Assembly (NCBI GenBank): GCA_947167635.1
Contig: CAMVIT010000001.1
Coordinates: 3,796 to 67,795 of the forward strand
Length of the DNA stretch: 64,000 bases
Origin: an uncultured Bacteroidales bacterium
GTDB taxonomy: Bacteria > Bacteroidota > Bacteroidia > Bacteroidales > WCHB1-69
Reading direction: 5' to 3'
In this document: positions 1 to 9,377 of the stretch, piece after piece
How the letters are laid out: every line of letters begins with the position of its first letter
Position numbering within the stretch: the stretch's first letter is position 1
Notes under the pieces: generated by a model
The model's input: only the letters and a program-made list of their open reading frames with translations
The model's database searches: none
Told to the model about the DNA's origin: nothing
Position numbers and translations under genes: made by a program

Positions 1-39
1 AAAGGCAAGAATAACGATGAGGGGAAGGAGTTTTTTCAT
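1..39 (-). CDS. 5' end of an unidentified secreted or membrane protein (runs off the left edge)
   Basis: Minus-strand ATG at 39 followed by MKKLLPLIVILAF, which looks like a signal peptide. It lies 45 nt downstream of the lgt stop. Only 13 codons are visible. Confidence 0.35.
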   Translation of the reverse strand, partial: MKKLLPLIVILAF

Positions 40-84
40 AATAAATTGTTTTGAAAAGTTAGAAAATTGTTTTGAAAATAATAA

Positions 85-981
85 TCACTTGGTTTGTGTG
101 TCTTTTTTAGGTTCGGGTTCCTCTTTAAACGGAAATTCCGGATAATAAGTATGTACGAAGGAATAAATCAATAGCCCAAGACCCAGCAAAGCTATGGGGA
201 TGCTGAGAATTTGGCCGTTGTTGAGGGCATGGCCCACCTCGCCGGGCACTTGTACCTCTTTGACAAACTCAATGAAAAAGCGTGCGGTGAAGATGACAAA
301 GAGCGTGATGCCGGAGGTGCGGCCGGCGGCCACCTTGCCTTTGGCAAACTTGAAATAGTAAACAACCAAGCCAATGAAAACACAGAGGTAAACGATGGAT
401 TCATAGAGTTGTGCGGGATGACGCAGGGTGCCGGCCACGCCGAAGCCGCCATGAATGAAATCGAATGCCCAAGGCACCGTGGTGATGCTGCCCACAATCT
501 CATGGTTCATCAGGTTGCCGATGCGCACGAAGGCCGCGGCAATGGGCACGGCAATACCCAGCCGGTCCCAAAGCCAGAAGAAGTTGACCTTGTATTTCCA
601 GGTGTAATACACAATAAACAGGAAGATGGCGATAACTCCGCCGTGGCTGGCCAACCCCTGATAGCCGATGAATTTCCCGTCGTGGATGGGCAGCAGGATT
701 TCCAACGGAGCGGTGACGAACTGCTCGGGTTCGTAGAAAAGGAAATGCCCCAGTCGCAACCCGACAAATGTCCAGACAATGGTCCAGATGGAGATACGGT
801 CCAACTCCTTCTGTGAGGCTTTCTCGGTGATGAAGATTTTCTGCAATGTCAAGTAAGCCAGCAGGAAGCCGGTGGCCAGCAGGATACCGTACCAGCGAAC
901 CTCCACGGAGCCCAAATGGAAGGCCACGGGATTCACTTTCCAGGTTATGGTACAGAGCGTGTTCAAAAGATTAGTGTACAT
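85..981 (-). CDS. lgt: Prolipoprotein diacylglyceryl transferase
   Basis: 298-aa polytopic membrane ORF with Lgt-like blocks (VRWYGILLATGFL, RIGNLMNHEIVG, HPAQLYES). ATG at 981 with a -7 box just upstream. Confidence 0.85.
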   Translation of the reverse strand: MYTNLLNTLCTITWKVNPVAFHLGSVEVRWYGILLATGFLLAYLTLQKIFITEKASQKELDRISIWTIVWTFVGLRLGHFLFYEPEQFVTAPLEILLPIHDGKFIGYQGLASHGGVIAIFLFIVYYTWKYKVNFFWLWDRLGIAVPIAAAFVRIGNLMNHEIVGSITTVPWAFDFIHGGFGVAGTLRHPAQLYESIVYLCVFIGLVVYYFKFAKGKVAAGRTSGITLFVIFTARFFIEFVKEVQVPGEVGHALNNGQILSIPIALLGLGLLIYSFVHTYYPEFPFKEEPEPKKDTQTK

Positions 982-1005
982 TTTTTACCTTATAAATAGA
1001 AACTG

Positions 1006-1013
1006 CAAAAGTA
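1006..1013 (-). promoter_or_regulatory. Bacteroidota -7 promoter box (TACTTTTG) for lgt
   Basis: The minus strand reads TACTTTTG, matching the TAnnTTTG consensus of the Bacteroidota primary sigma factor. It sits 25 nt upstream of the lgt ATG. Confidence 0.45.
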
Positions 1014-1051
1014 GCAAAAATATAGGGATTGCGCAAAGAAAAAATTTTTTG

Positions 1052-1059
1052 TATGTTTG
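1052..1059 (+). promoter_or_regulatory. Candidate -7 box (TATGTTTG) for hutH
   Basis: Exact TAnnTTTG match about 74 nt upstream of the hutH ATG. No clear -33 element was seen. Confidence 0.3.
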
Positions 1060-1132
1060 CAAACTCTAAAAAAGCGCTAATCCACGCCTTTAGCATGTTG
1101 TAATATAGTAGATTCAAGTAATAAAACCGTAT

Positions 1133-2623
1133 ATGAAAAGACATCAGATTTCAACCAAATTCCTCAGTATTGACAAGGTGGCCAAGATTGTAGAACGCCG
1201 CCAGAAAATTGAACTTTCCCAAGAGGCGATTGATGCCGTGCAGAAGTGCCGTGCCTACCTTGACAAGAAAACCGACACCGAGAAGGAACCCATCTACGGT
1301 GTGACCACCGGCTTCGGTTCCCTCTGCAACCGGTCCATCTCCAAGGAAGACCTCTCCACGCTGCAACGCAACCTCGTGCTTTCCCACGCTTGCGGTGTCG
1401 GTGCGGAAGTTCCCCAGGAGATTGTGCAGCTGATGCTGCTGATGAAGATACAATCCCTCTCGTATGGCCATTCCGGTGTGCAGTTGGCCACGATCCAACG
1501 GCTTGTCGATTTTTACAACACGGGTGTCTATCCCGTGGTCTATCAGCAGGGCTCGCTCGGAGCTTCCGGCGACTTGGCCCCGCTGGCCCACCTTTCCCTG
1601 CCGCTCCTCAATATGGGCGAGGTTTACTACCGCGGCAAGAAATATCCCGCCTCTGTCATCAACGAAAAATTCGGCTGGGAACCCATCACCCTGCAATCCA
1701 AGGAGGGTCTGGCGTTGCTCAACGGCACCCAGTTCATGAGCTCCTATGCGGTGTGGCTCCTGATCAAATCGCAAAAGCTTTCCTGGATGGCCGACATCAT
1801 CGGTGCCATCTCCCTCGATGCCTTCGACGGTCGTATCGAGCCGTTCAACCTCAATGTCCATTTGGTGCGCCCGCATACGGGCCAGCTCATCACCGCCGCC
1901 CATATCCAGGAGTTGCTTCAGGGCTCCGAAATCATCCGACGCCACAAAGAGCATGTGCAGGATCCTTACTCTTTCCGCTGCATCCCGCAGGTGCATGGCG
2001 CCACGAAGGACTCCATCCAACATGTGCGTGATGTGGTTGAGACCGAAATCAACTCCGTGACAGACAACCCCACTGTGTTCCCCGATGAAGATATCGTGGT
2101 GTCAGCCGGCAACTTCCATGGCCAACCGTTAGCTTTGGTGCTCGACTTCCTTTCCATCGCCATGGCCGAGTTGGGCAACATCTCCGAGCGCCGCATCTAC
2201 CAATTGATTTCAGGAAAACGCGAGCTGCCCTCCTTCTTGGTCAAGAACCCCGGCCTCAACTCCGGCTTCATGATCCCGCAGTACGCCGCCGCCTCCATCG
2301 TGAATCAGAACAAAGCGTTCACCATGCCCTGCTCCACCGACTCCATCGAATCTTCGCAAGGTCAGGAGGACCACGTCAGCATGGGTGCCAATGCCGCCAC
2401 GAAGTGCTACATGGTGGTCAACAATGTGGAGAAAATCCTCGGCATCGAGTTGTTCAATGCCGCCCAGGCTCTCGAGTTCCGCAGACCGCTCAAATCCTCT
2501 CCTTTCATTGAGGAATTTGTCAAGGCTTACCGCACCTTCGTGCCTTTTGTGGAGAATGACACCTACATGCACGAATTGATCCAACAATCCATCGATTTCG
2601 TCAACGGCGTGCGTGTCGAATAG
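1133..2623 (+). CDS. hutH: Histidine ammonia-lyase (aromatic amino acid lyase family)
   Basis: 496 aa. It has the GSLGASGDLAPLAHL block containing the Ala-Ser-Gly triad that forms the MIO cofactor, and looks HAL/PAL-like along its full length. Confidence 0.85.
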   Translation: MKRHQISTKFLSIDKVAKIVERRQKIELSQEAIDAVQKCRAYLDKKTDTEKEPIYGVTTGFGSLCNRSISKEDLSTLQRNLVLSHACGVGAEVPQEIVQLMLLMKIQSLSYGHSGVQLATIQRLVDFYNTGVYPVVYQQGSLGASGDLAPLAHLSLPLLNMGEVYYRGKKYPASVINEKFGWEPITLQSKEGLALLNGTQFMSSYAVWLLIKSQKLSWMADIIGAISLDAFDGRIEPFNLNVHLVRPHTGQLITAAHIQELLQGSEIIRRHKEHVQDPYSFRCIPQVHGATKDSIQHVRDVVETEINSVTDNPTVFPDEDIVVSAGNFHGQPLALVLDFLSIAMAELGNISERRIYQLISGKRELPSFLVKNPGLNSGFMIPQYAAASIVNQNKAFTMPCSTDSIESSQGQEDHVSMGANAATKCYMVVNNVEKILGIELFNAAQALEFRRPLKSSPFIEEFVKAYRTFVPFVENDTYMHELIQQSIDFVNGVRVE

Positions 2624-2643
2624 ATGCTTTAACTTATTTTAAG

Positions 2644-3135
2644 ATGAAAAAGTGGTGGGCCTTTTTCTTTTGCGCTGTCATGGCCGTAAGTTGCGTGCAT
2701 CGGGAGCACTATTCCGAAGTGCCGCACATCGAGTTTGTGCGCCTTGAGAAATTGGATGACGGTACAGGTCGCGACAACCAGGCCAATTTGGTCATCGCTT
2801 TCCAAGACGGAGACGGTGATATTGGGCTCAGCATTAGTGATACCACTGGTCCTTTTGCCCTGGATTCAGCCTACTATTACAACTTTTTCATCGATTTTAT
2901 TGAAAAACAGCATGGCGAATGGGTGGTTGTTGACTTGCCCCAACCTCTTCATGCCCGCGTGCCATACCTTAGCGAGGATGTGCCCGAGAGCATAGAGGGT
3001 GAACTTACTGTTTTAACGTATATTAACAACTATTTTTCCCCATACGATACTGTCAAGTTGCGTTGCCGTCTTGTGGATCGCGCCTTGCATGAAAGCAACA
3101 TCATTGAAACCCCTGAAATAATTGTAAAGAAATGA
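2644..3135 (+). CDS. Hypothetical lipoprotein
   Basis: 163 aa. The signal peptide ends in a lipobox-like AVSC (MKKWWAFFFCAVMAVSC). Its stop overlaps the nadC start (ATGA). No recognisable domain. Confidence 0.6.
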   Translation: MKKWWAFFFCAVMAVSCVHREHYSEVPHIEFVRLEKLDDGTGRDNQANLVIAFQDGDGDIGLSISDTTGPFALDSAYYYNFFIDFIEKQHGEWVVVDLPQPLHARVPYLSEDVPESIEGELTVLTYINNYFSPYDTVKLRCRLVDRALHESNIIETPEIIVKK

Positions 3136-3980
3136 TATTGAACGAACAAGCTAAAAAACTGATCCATTTGTCGTTGCAGGAGGATATCGGCGATGGCGAC
3201 CACTCTTCCCTCTCCTGTATTCCCGCCGATGTGATGGGCGAGATGAAACTCCTCGTGAAGGAGGATGGCATCCTTTGCGGTGTTGATGTGGCCCGCGAGG
3301 TGATACGGCAGGTGGACGAGTCCATCCGGATGGAGTGCTTCATGCAGGATGGCACCCCTATTCACAAAGGCGACATTGTTTTTGTGTTGCATGGCCCCGC
3401 CGTCAGCATGCTCACGGCAGAGCGCAACGTGCTCAACTATATGCAGCGCATGAGTGGCATTGCCACGAGCACCCACGAGTATGTGGAGTTGGTGAAAGAC
3501 ACAAATGTCACCCTGCTCGACACGCGCAAGACTACGCCCAACATGCGTGTTTTCGAAAAATATGCCGTTGAAGTAGGGGGCGCTTCCAATCACCGGTTTG
3601 GTTTGTATGACATGATGATGCTGAAAGACAATCACATCGATTTTGCCGGAGGCATTGAGAAAGCCATTGATGCAGCCAATGAGTATCAACGTCGCAAAGG
3701 GTTGAATCTCAAGATCGAGATTGAAACCCGAAGCCTCGATGATGTGCGCCGTGTGCTTGCTCATGGCGGTGTGCATCGCATCATGTTCGACAACTTCTCC
3801 CCGGAGCTGATTGTAGAAGGCGTGAAGCTCGTGAACCATCGTTTTGAGACGGAGGCCTCCGGCGGCATTGTCAAGGAGACCCTTCGCGAGTACGCTCTCA
3901 CGGGTGTGGACTTCATCTCCGTGGGCGCTTTCACCCATCATATCAGCAGCTTGGATTTGAGTCTCAAATTTTCCAAGTAA
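3132..3980 (+). CDS. nadC: Nicotinate-nucleotide pyrophosphorylase (carboxylating), i.e. quinolinate phosphoribosyltransferase
   Basis: 282 aa with typical NadC blocks (AERNVLNYMQRMSGIAT, LLDTRKTTPNMR, MLKDNHI, MFDNF). Confidence 0.9.
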   Translation: MILNEQAKKLIHLSLQEDIGDGDHSSLSCIPADVMGEMKLLVKEDGILCGVDVAREVIRQVDESIRMECFMQDGTPIHKGDIVFVLHGPAVSMLTAERNVLNYMQRMSGIATSTHEYVELVKDTNVTLLDTRKTTPNMRVFEKYAVEVGGASNHRFGLYDMMMLKDNHIDFAGGIEKAIDAANEYQRRKGLNLKIEIETRSLDDVRRVLAHGGVHRIMFDNFSPELIVEGVKLVNHRFETEASGGIVKETLREYALTGVDFISVGAFTHHISSLDLSLKFSK

Positions 3981-3997
3981 TTGGTTTTGAATCATAA

Positions 3998-4960
3998 ATG
4001 TTTTTACGACTCGAAAAAATACAGCAAAAGCTACGGGCCTGGGGCAGCAATCTTGAACAAGTCCCGGTTCTCGGCAAGGTGATCCAAAAGTCACGCAAGT
4101 GGACCTTGCCGGGATTTCAGCACATGCCGCTGTATGATGTGATGGGTTTTTTTGCGCAATCGTTCGACAAAGGGGTGATATTCCAGCGCGCCGCTGCCCT
4201 GACCTACCGGGTTTTTGTGGCCTTGGTGCCGATGATTATCGCACTGTTTTCCGCCATCGCCTTCTTTGGTGAGGATGTCCAGCAAGGTCTCTTGACCTTG
4301 CTGCAGTCTATCATACCGAATTATGCTTGGCCGGCTGTGGATGAAGTGATCACAGGTGTCGTGACGGTACAGAACGGCACACTTTCCACGTTGATGCTCT
4401 TTTTCGGCATCTATTTTGCCATTCTGTGTTGTAATGGACTGTTGGCCGCATTCAACACCTCCTATTATAATGAACAAAAACGCGGTATTATCAATCAGTT
4501 GTCACTCAGTTTTTTGCTGATGCTTATTGCATTCTTCACAATACTTTTGGTCGTGGGTTTGCTCATTTTTTCCTCGGTGTTGCTCAATTTCATCCATGAA
4601 AAAATAGGCGTGCTCAATCGTGGATATTTCTTCTTGGTGCATGGCGTCAAGTGGGTGCTGGTGTTCGCCGCCCTCTATTTCTTTGTCAGCGTCCTGTACT
4701 ATTTGGCACCCGTAAATAAGGACAATTATCGTTTCTTTTCCATTGGATCGTCCGTTTGTACTATTCTTATGGTGTTGATTTTATGGGTGTTAAATTTCTA
4801 TTTTTCTCATTTTTCAAACTATAATCTCATTTATGGATCTCTCGGCGCCTTGTTTGCCATTCTGCTTTGGCTGAACTGGAGTTCATTGGCCTTGCTTTTG
4901 GGTTATGACCTCAATGTGAGCATTGCGAAGGCAAAACTGGAGGGTGTGGAAAGAGTGTAA
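3998..4960 (+). CDS. YihY/BrkB-family inner membrane protein
   Basis: 320 aa with about 6 TM segments. The N-terminal FQRAAALTYRVFVALVPMII block is typical of the YihY/virulence factor BrkB family. Confidence 0.75.
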   Translation: MFLRLEKIQQKLRAWGSNLEQVPVLGKVIQKSRKWTLPGFQHMPLYDVMGFFAQSFDKGVIFQRAAALTYRVFVALVPMIIALFSAIAFFGEDVQQGLLTLLQSIIPNYAWPAVDEVITGVVTVQNGTLSTLMLFFGIYFAILCCNGLLAAFNTSYYNEQKRGIINQLSLSFLLMLIAFFTILLVVGLLIFSSVLLNFIHEKIGVLNRGYFFLVHGVKWVLVFAALYFFVSVLYYLAPVNKDNYRFFSIGSSVCTILMVLILWVLNFYFSHFSNYNLIYGSLGALFAILLWLNWSSLALLLGYDLNVSIAKAKLEGVERV

Positions 4961-5397
4961 TGCAAATAACAATAATATTATATATACAATTTTTATTACA
5001 TATCATTATGGAAGATTTAATATCCATTCTAGTATTGATTATTCTCGGTTTGGTGCCCACGATCATCAAGGCGGTCAAGGAGAAGGGGAAGGTGGTGACA
5101 CCACCGCCGGTGGAGGAGTACGAATTTGAGGAGACCGCGTATGAAACGACTGCGAAAAAGGATGTTTCAAAAATGCGGCAAACGGTGCCAAATTCGCCAA
5201 ATGATTCCGATTATTTCACGTATGAGACGATTGAACCCGAGGATGGTTCTTTTGTGGAGAATGAAATGTCAACGACTGAAAAGTTTTCGCAAATCACTGA
5301 TAGTGAGATGGAAAAAGCGCCTCAACTCAATTTTGACGAGGAAGAATTATACAAGGGAGTCATCTACTCGGAAATTCTCAAAAGAAAATATAATTAA
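4960..5397 (+). CDS. Hypothetical membrane-anchored acidic protein
   Basis: 145 aa with an N-terminal TM helix followed by an E/D/T-rich tail. Its ATG overlaps the upstream TAA (TAATG). An alternative start (MEDLIS) lies at 5008. No family recognised. Confidence 0.45.
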   Translation: MQITIILYIQFLLHIIMEDLISILVLIILGLVPTIIKAVKEKGKVVTPPPVEEYEFEETAYETTAKKDVSKMRQTVPNSPNDSDYFTYETIEPEDGSFVENEMSTTEKFSQITDSEMEKAPQLNFDEEELYKGVIYSEILKRKYN

Positions 5398-5532
5398 CTC
5401 ACAATCAAGGTTTTGTTTTTACTCTTACAATTTGTTTGTAAATTAGGAAAAAACACGGTGGCAAACAAACGATATTTTTTATATTTTAGCACCCTTAAAA
5501 ATTTGCATAATTCTAATGTTTAATATAAATTC

Positions 5533-8500
5533 ATGGCTATGATTAAAAAGTTACTCTTAACACTCGGAGTGATCATTCTTTTCACTGGCATTGCATTTTC
5601 GCAGAACTCCTTGGTTAGAGGAAAGGTCGTCGATCAAGCGAACGAACCGCTTCCCTACACGAGGGTGTCGCTCCTTTCCGGAGACAAGACTGTGAACATG
5701 GCATATACCGATGATAAAGGTGAGTATCAGCTTTTTAGTGTTGAAGCAGGTACTTACAACATTGTGGCAGAGCCGCAGATGAACTGTAAGAACTCCCAAC
5801 GCAAAAATGATGTCCAGGTCTCCGCTGGACTGACGGTCTTTGTCGATTTCAACATCAACTGTACCAGTGAAATCAAGGAGGTCGTGGTGACATGGGAACC
5901 CCCTGTCTTCACTCAGGACAACACGAGTTCCACCACGCGTATCAGTGGTGAAAACTTGAAGACCACGCCTGGTCGTTCCGTGACCAGCGCTTTGGCGAAC
6001 CTTGAAGGTGTGACCGGCTTGGACGGTGCCATCAGTTCCGTTCGTGGTAACCGTGCCGACGGTCAGCAAACCATCGTTGATGGTGTCCGTGTTCGTGGTA
6101 GCGGTGGTGTCTCCATGGCATCCATCGAAGAGGCCCAGCTCATCCAGGGCGGTATTCCCGCCGAGTATGGTGACGGTACTTCTTTCACGGTCATCACGAC
6201 AAAATCCGCCCCGAAAGAATTCCACGGCTCCGTTGAGCTGAGAGGTTCCATTGATGGTTACAACAACTTCTTGGGTGCATTCACCCTTTCCGGTCCTCTT
6301 GTGAAAGGCAAGAAGAAAAATGATCCCACACGCGTCGGCTTCCTGTTCAGCGGTGAGGTTTCTTATGACCACGACGCATCCCCTGCCCGCGGAGGTACCT
6401 GGGAAGCCAACCAAGATGTGATTGACGCTCTTATAGCCCAACCGCTTCGTTACAGCAACGAAGAGTATGGCGCTTACTATCAAGAAGGTTGTTACCTTAC
6501 CAGCGAGTCCTTCCACAAACGCCGCGTCAGAAAGAACGCCGGTTCTTGGGACTACCTCGGACAACTCAAGTTCGACTTCACCATGGGCAAGAAACACAAC
6601 ATGCGTCTCTCCCTCGGCGGATCCTATGAATATGTGAAACAAAGATCCTGGAGCACAACCTACGCTCTGTTCAATGTGGACAACAATCCCGTCGTGAAAC
6701 AAGGTACCATGCGTTTGAACGCCCGTTTGAACCACCGTGTCTTCACCGACACCACAGGTAAGGCCACCTTGAAGAATGTCATGTATGACATCAACGCCAA
6801 CTATACCCGCGTGAACGGTATGTCATACGCGCCTCAGTTCAAGGACCGCTTCTTTGAATATGGCTATATTGGCAAATTCAACACGACTAAGGTCAGAAGT
6901 TACGAAAGAGTTGACGAAGTGCACATTCCGAATCCGTATGACACTCTGACCGATTGGGTACTTTACAACGCCAATGTCTTCCAAGGTTGGTATGATTCCG
7001 TTGTGACGTTCGCCATCAACCCGAACTACAATGTGAACCCCATTCTTGCCCAATACAACCTGAATCTGTTGGAGAAGTTCCCCATTGAGGATTTGTACAA
7101 CTATTATGGCACCTCCGTCCCGTATGACCTGAACACCTACATGACTTTCGGTGGTCTGCGCAACGGTGACACTCCTGACCCCATCTATTCCATGTATAAC
7201 GCTCCCGGATCGGTCTATGGCAGCTTCAGCAAGTCTCAGACGGAACAGATTGGTTTGAAGGCCAGCATCTCCATGAACTTGAGCAACCACGAACTGAAGT
7301 TCGGTTATGACTTCGAGAAACTGACCTACCGTGGCTATGGCTTGGCACCTATCACACTTTGGACTTTGATGCGTAACCAAGTCAATTCCCATATCGGCGA
7401 GTTGGATATGAGCAACCCGATTGTGACCGACGATGGCGAAATCTTTACGATTGACTATAACCGTTTGGTCAGCCTTGACGACCAGACCGTGTTCGACAGA
7501 AATCTTCGTAACAAGTTAGGACTCAATCCTGACGGTGACGATTGGATTGACTTGGACAGCTATGATCCCAACACTTTTGACATCGGCATGTTTACCGCAG
7601 AAGACCTCTTGTTGGGTACCTCTTCCGGCTCAAGCTCCTTGGTCAGCTACTATGGCTATGACTACACCGGTGCCAAGATCCGCACAAAAACCACTATCGA
7701 AGACTTCTTCAATGCTACCGATGCCAATGGTCGCAGAACCTACAACATCGGTGCCTACGAACCTGTTTACATGGCATTCTATCTGCAGGACAAGTTCTCC
7801 ATCAGCACCATGTTGTTCAACATCGGTTTGCGTGTTGACCGTTTCGACGCTAACCAGCAAGTGTTGAAGGATCCGTATCTGTTCCGTGAGGCTTATACGG
7901 TTGGCGACCTGCGTTCAATGAACCCCGAAATACAGTTTGTGGGTAATGCAGAGGACGATTGGGTGGTCTATTATTCCGGCATGGACACTTATATGAGCGA
8001 TGCCGACATCAGAGGCGGTGAATTCAACACCTCTTCCATCGTGGGTTATCGTTATGGCGACACTTGGTACAACTCTTCCGGTAACGAAGTCGCCGACCCT
8101 GAGTCCGCCCTCTCCCTCTATGTCAACGGCCCGATTTTGAAAAACCCGATTTATAACGAAAACAATGAGTTGATCACTGGTATCACGAAGGTGGAATCCG
8201 GAGCTTTCAAGGATTATAAGGCACAATGGTCTGTCATGCCTCGTATCTCCTTCTCCTTCCCGGTGAGCGACAACTCTTTGTTCTACGCGCACTATAACAT
8301 CATCACCTCCCGTCCTACCAACCTGCAAATTTCCCCGGTGGACTACCTCTTCATTTCCAAGAGAAACAGTGCCAACGACATTGTCAACAACCCGAACATG
8401 AAACCGCAACAGTCCATCGACTATGAAATCGGTTTCCGTCAGAAGATTGGTGCCAAGTCCGCTATCAGTATCAGTGCTTACTATTCTGAGAAACGTAACC

Positions 8501-9351
8501 AAATCCAGGCTTATCGTTTCTCCGGTGCATATCCGAACACCTATTATTCTTACCAGAACATTGACTTCGGTACCGTTCAAGGTTTCACCTTCTCCTACAG
8601 AATGAACAGAACCAGAAACCTGACCATGTCTGCCAACTACACCCTGCAATACGCCAAGGGTACGGGTTCCGGTACAACATCCCAGTTGAGCATCTTGGCC
8701 GCCGGTCAGCCGAACTTGAGAACTCTGACCAACCTCTCCTTCGACCAAAGACACAGAATCGGTGTCAACTTGGACTATCGTTTGGGAAGCGGTGCTGATT
8801 ACAAGGGACCGAAGAAAGAAAAAATCGTTGTGGCTGAAGATGGCACAAAGACCACGAAGACCATTGAATGGTTTGCCAACACAGGTGTCTCCCTCCTCTT
8901 CTCTGCTGCTTCTGGTATGCCTTACACCCGTTCCAGCACTCCGTTCTCCACGATTGTTGGCGGTACTTCCTCCCAGTTGGCTGGTTCCATCAACGGTTCC
9001 AATACCCCGTGGCAATTCCAATGCGACCTTCGTATTGACAGAACTTTCATTTTCAACATGAACAAGAATGCCAAGGACAAAGACGGTCGTCCGAAATCCG
9101 CGAAACCCGGCTACGTCACCGTTTATGTTGATATCCAGAATCTCTTCAACTTCAAGAACGTGATTTCCGTTTATGACTACACGGGCAATCCCGACGACGA
9201 TGGTTACCTTTCCGCTGCCGAGTATCAACAGGCCATCAACTCCCAAGTGTATGTGCCTTCTTACATCGACTACTATCTCATGAGAGTGCAGAATCCCTAC
9301 AACTACAGCCGTCCTATTCGCGCAAGTTTGGGTGTTCAGTTCAGTTTTTAA
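5533..9351 (+). CDS. Large TonB-dependent-receptor-like outer-membrane beta-barrel with a carboxypeptidase-regulatory-like N-domain
   Basis: 1272 aa. It has a signal peptide, a CarboxypepD_reg-like segment (VRGKVVDQANEPLPYTRVSL...DDKGEYQL...GTYNIV), a plug-like segment (ISGENLKTTPGRSVTSALANLEGV...VDGVRVRG...GGIPAEYGD), a long beta-rich body and a terminal ...LGVQFSF. No SusD-like partner gene follows. Confidence 0.7.
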   Translation: MAMIKKLLLTLGVIILFTGIAFSQNSLVRGKVVDQANEPLPYTRVSLLSGDKTVNMAYTDDKGEYQLFSVEAGTYNIVAEPQMNCKNSQRKNDVQVSAGLTVFVDFNINCTSEIKEVVVTWEPPVFTQDNTSSTTRISGENLKTTPGRSVTSALANLEGVTGLDGAISSVRGNRADGQQTIVDGVRVRGSGGVSMASIEEAQLIQGGIPAEYGDGTSFTVITTKSAPKEFHGSVELRGSIDGYNNFLGAFTLSGPLVKGKKKNDPTRVGFLFSGEVSYDHDASPARGGTWEANQDVIDALIAQPLRYSNEEYGAYYQEGCYLTSESFHKRRVRKNAGSWDYLGQLKFDFTMGKKHNMRLSLGGSYEYVKQRSWSTTYALFNVDNNPVVKQGTMRLNARLNHRVFTDTTGKATLKNVMYDINANYTRVNGMSYAPQFKDRFFEYGYIGKFNTTKVRSYERVDEVHIPNPYDTLTDWVLYNANVFQGWYDSVVTFAINPNYNVNPILAQYNLNLLEKFPIEDLYNYYGTSVPYDLNTYMTFGGLRNGDTPDPIYSMYNAPGSVYGSFSKSQTEQIGLKASISMNLSNHELKFGYDFEKLTYRGYGLAPITLWTLMRNQVNSHIGELDMSNPIVTDDGEIFTIDYNRLVSLDDQTVFDRNLRNKLGLNPDGDDWIDLDSYDPNTFDIGMFTAEDLLLGTSSGSSSLVSYYGYDYTGAKIRTKTTIEDFFNATDANGRRTYNIGAYEPVYMAFYLQDKFSISTMLFNIGLRVDRFDANQQVLKDPYLFREAYTVGDLRSMNPEIQFVGNAEDDWVVYYSGMDTYMSDADIRGGEFNTSSIVGYRYGDTWYNSSGNEVADPESALSLYVNGPILKNPIYNENNELITGITKVESGAFKDYKAQWSVMPRISFSFPVSDNSLFYAHYNIITSRPTNLQISPVDYLFISKRNSANDIVNNPNMKPQQSIDYEIGFRQKIGAKSAISISAYYSEKRNQIQAYRFSGAYPNTYYSYQNIDFGTVQGFTFSYRMNRTRNLTMSANYTLQYAKGTGSGTTSQLSILAAGQPNLRTLTNLSFDQRHRIGVNLDYRLGSGADYKGPKKEKIVVAEDGTKTTKTIEWFANTGVSLLFSAASGMPYTRSSTPFSTIVGGTSSQLAGSINGSNTPWQFQCDLRIDRTFIFNMNKNAKDKDGRPKSAKPGYVTVYVDIQNLFNFKNVISVYDYTGNPDDDGYLSAAEYQQAINSQVYVPSYIDYYLMRVQNPYNYSRPIRASLGVQFSF

Positions 9352-9377
9352 TCGTTTGATATAAAATAGAAAGAAAT

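Noticed and set aside
1133-2623. hutH without adjacent hutU, hutI or hutG, considered as a sign of a non-canonical aromatic ammonia-lyase or aminomutase.
   Set aside because: The sequence looks like an ordinary histidine ammonia-lyase. Unlinked hut genes are common, and the rest of the genome is not visible, so nothing here supports a special role.
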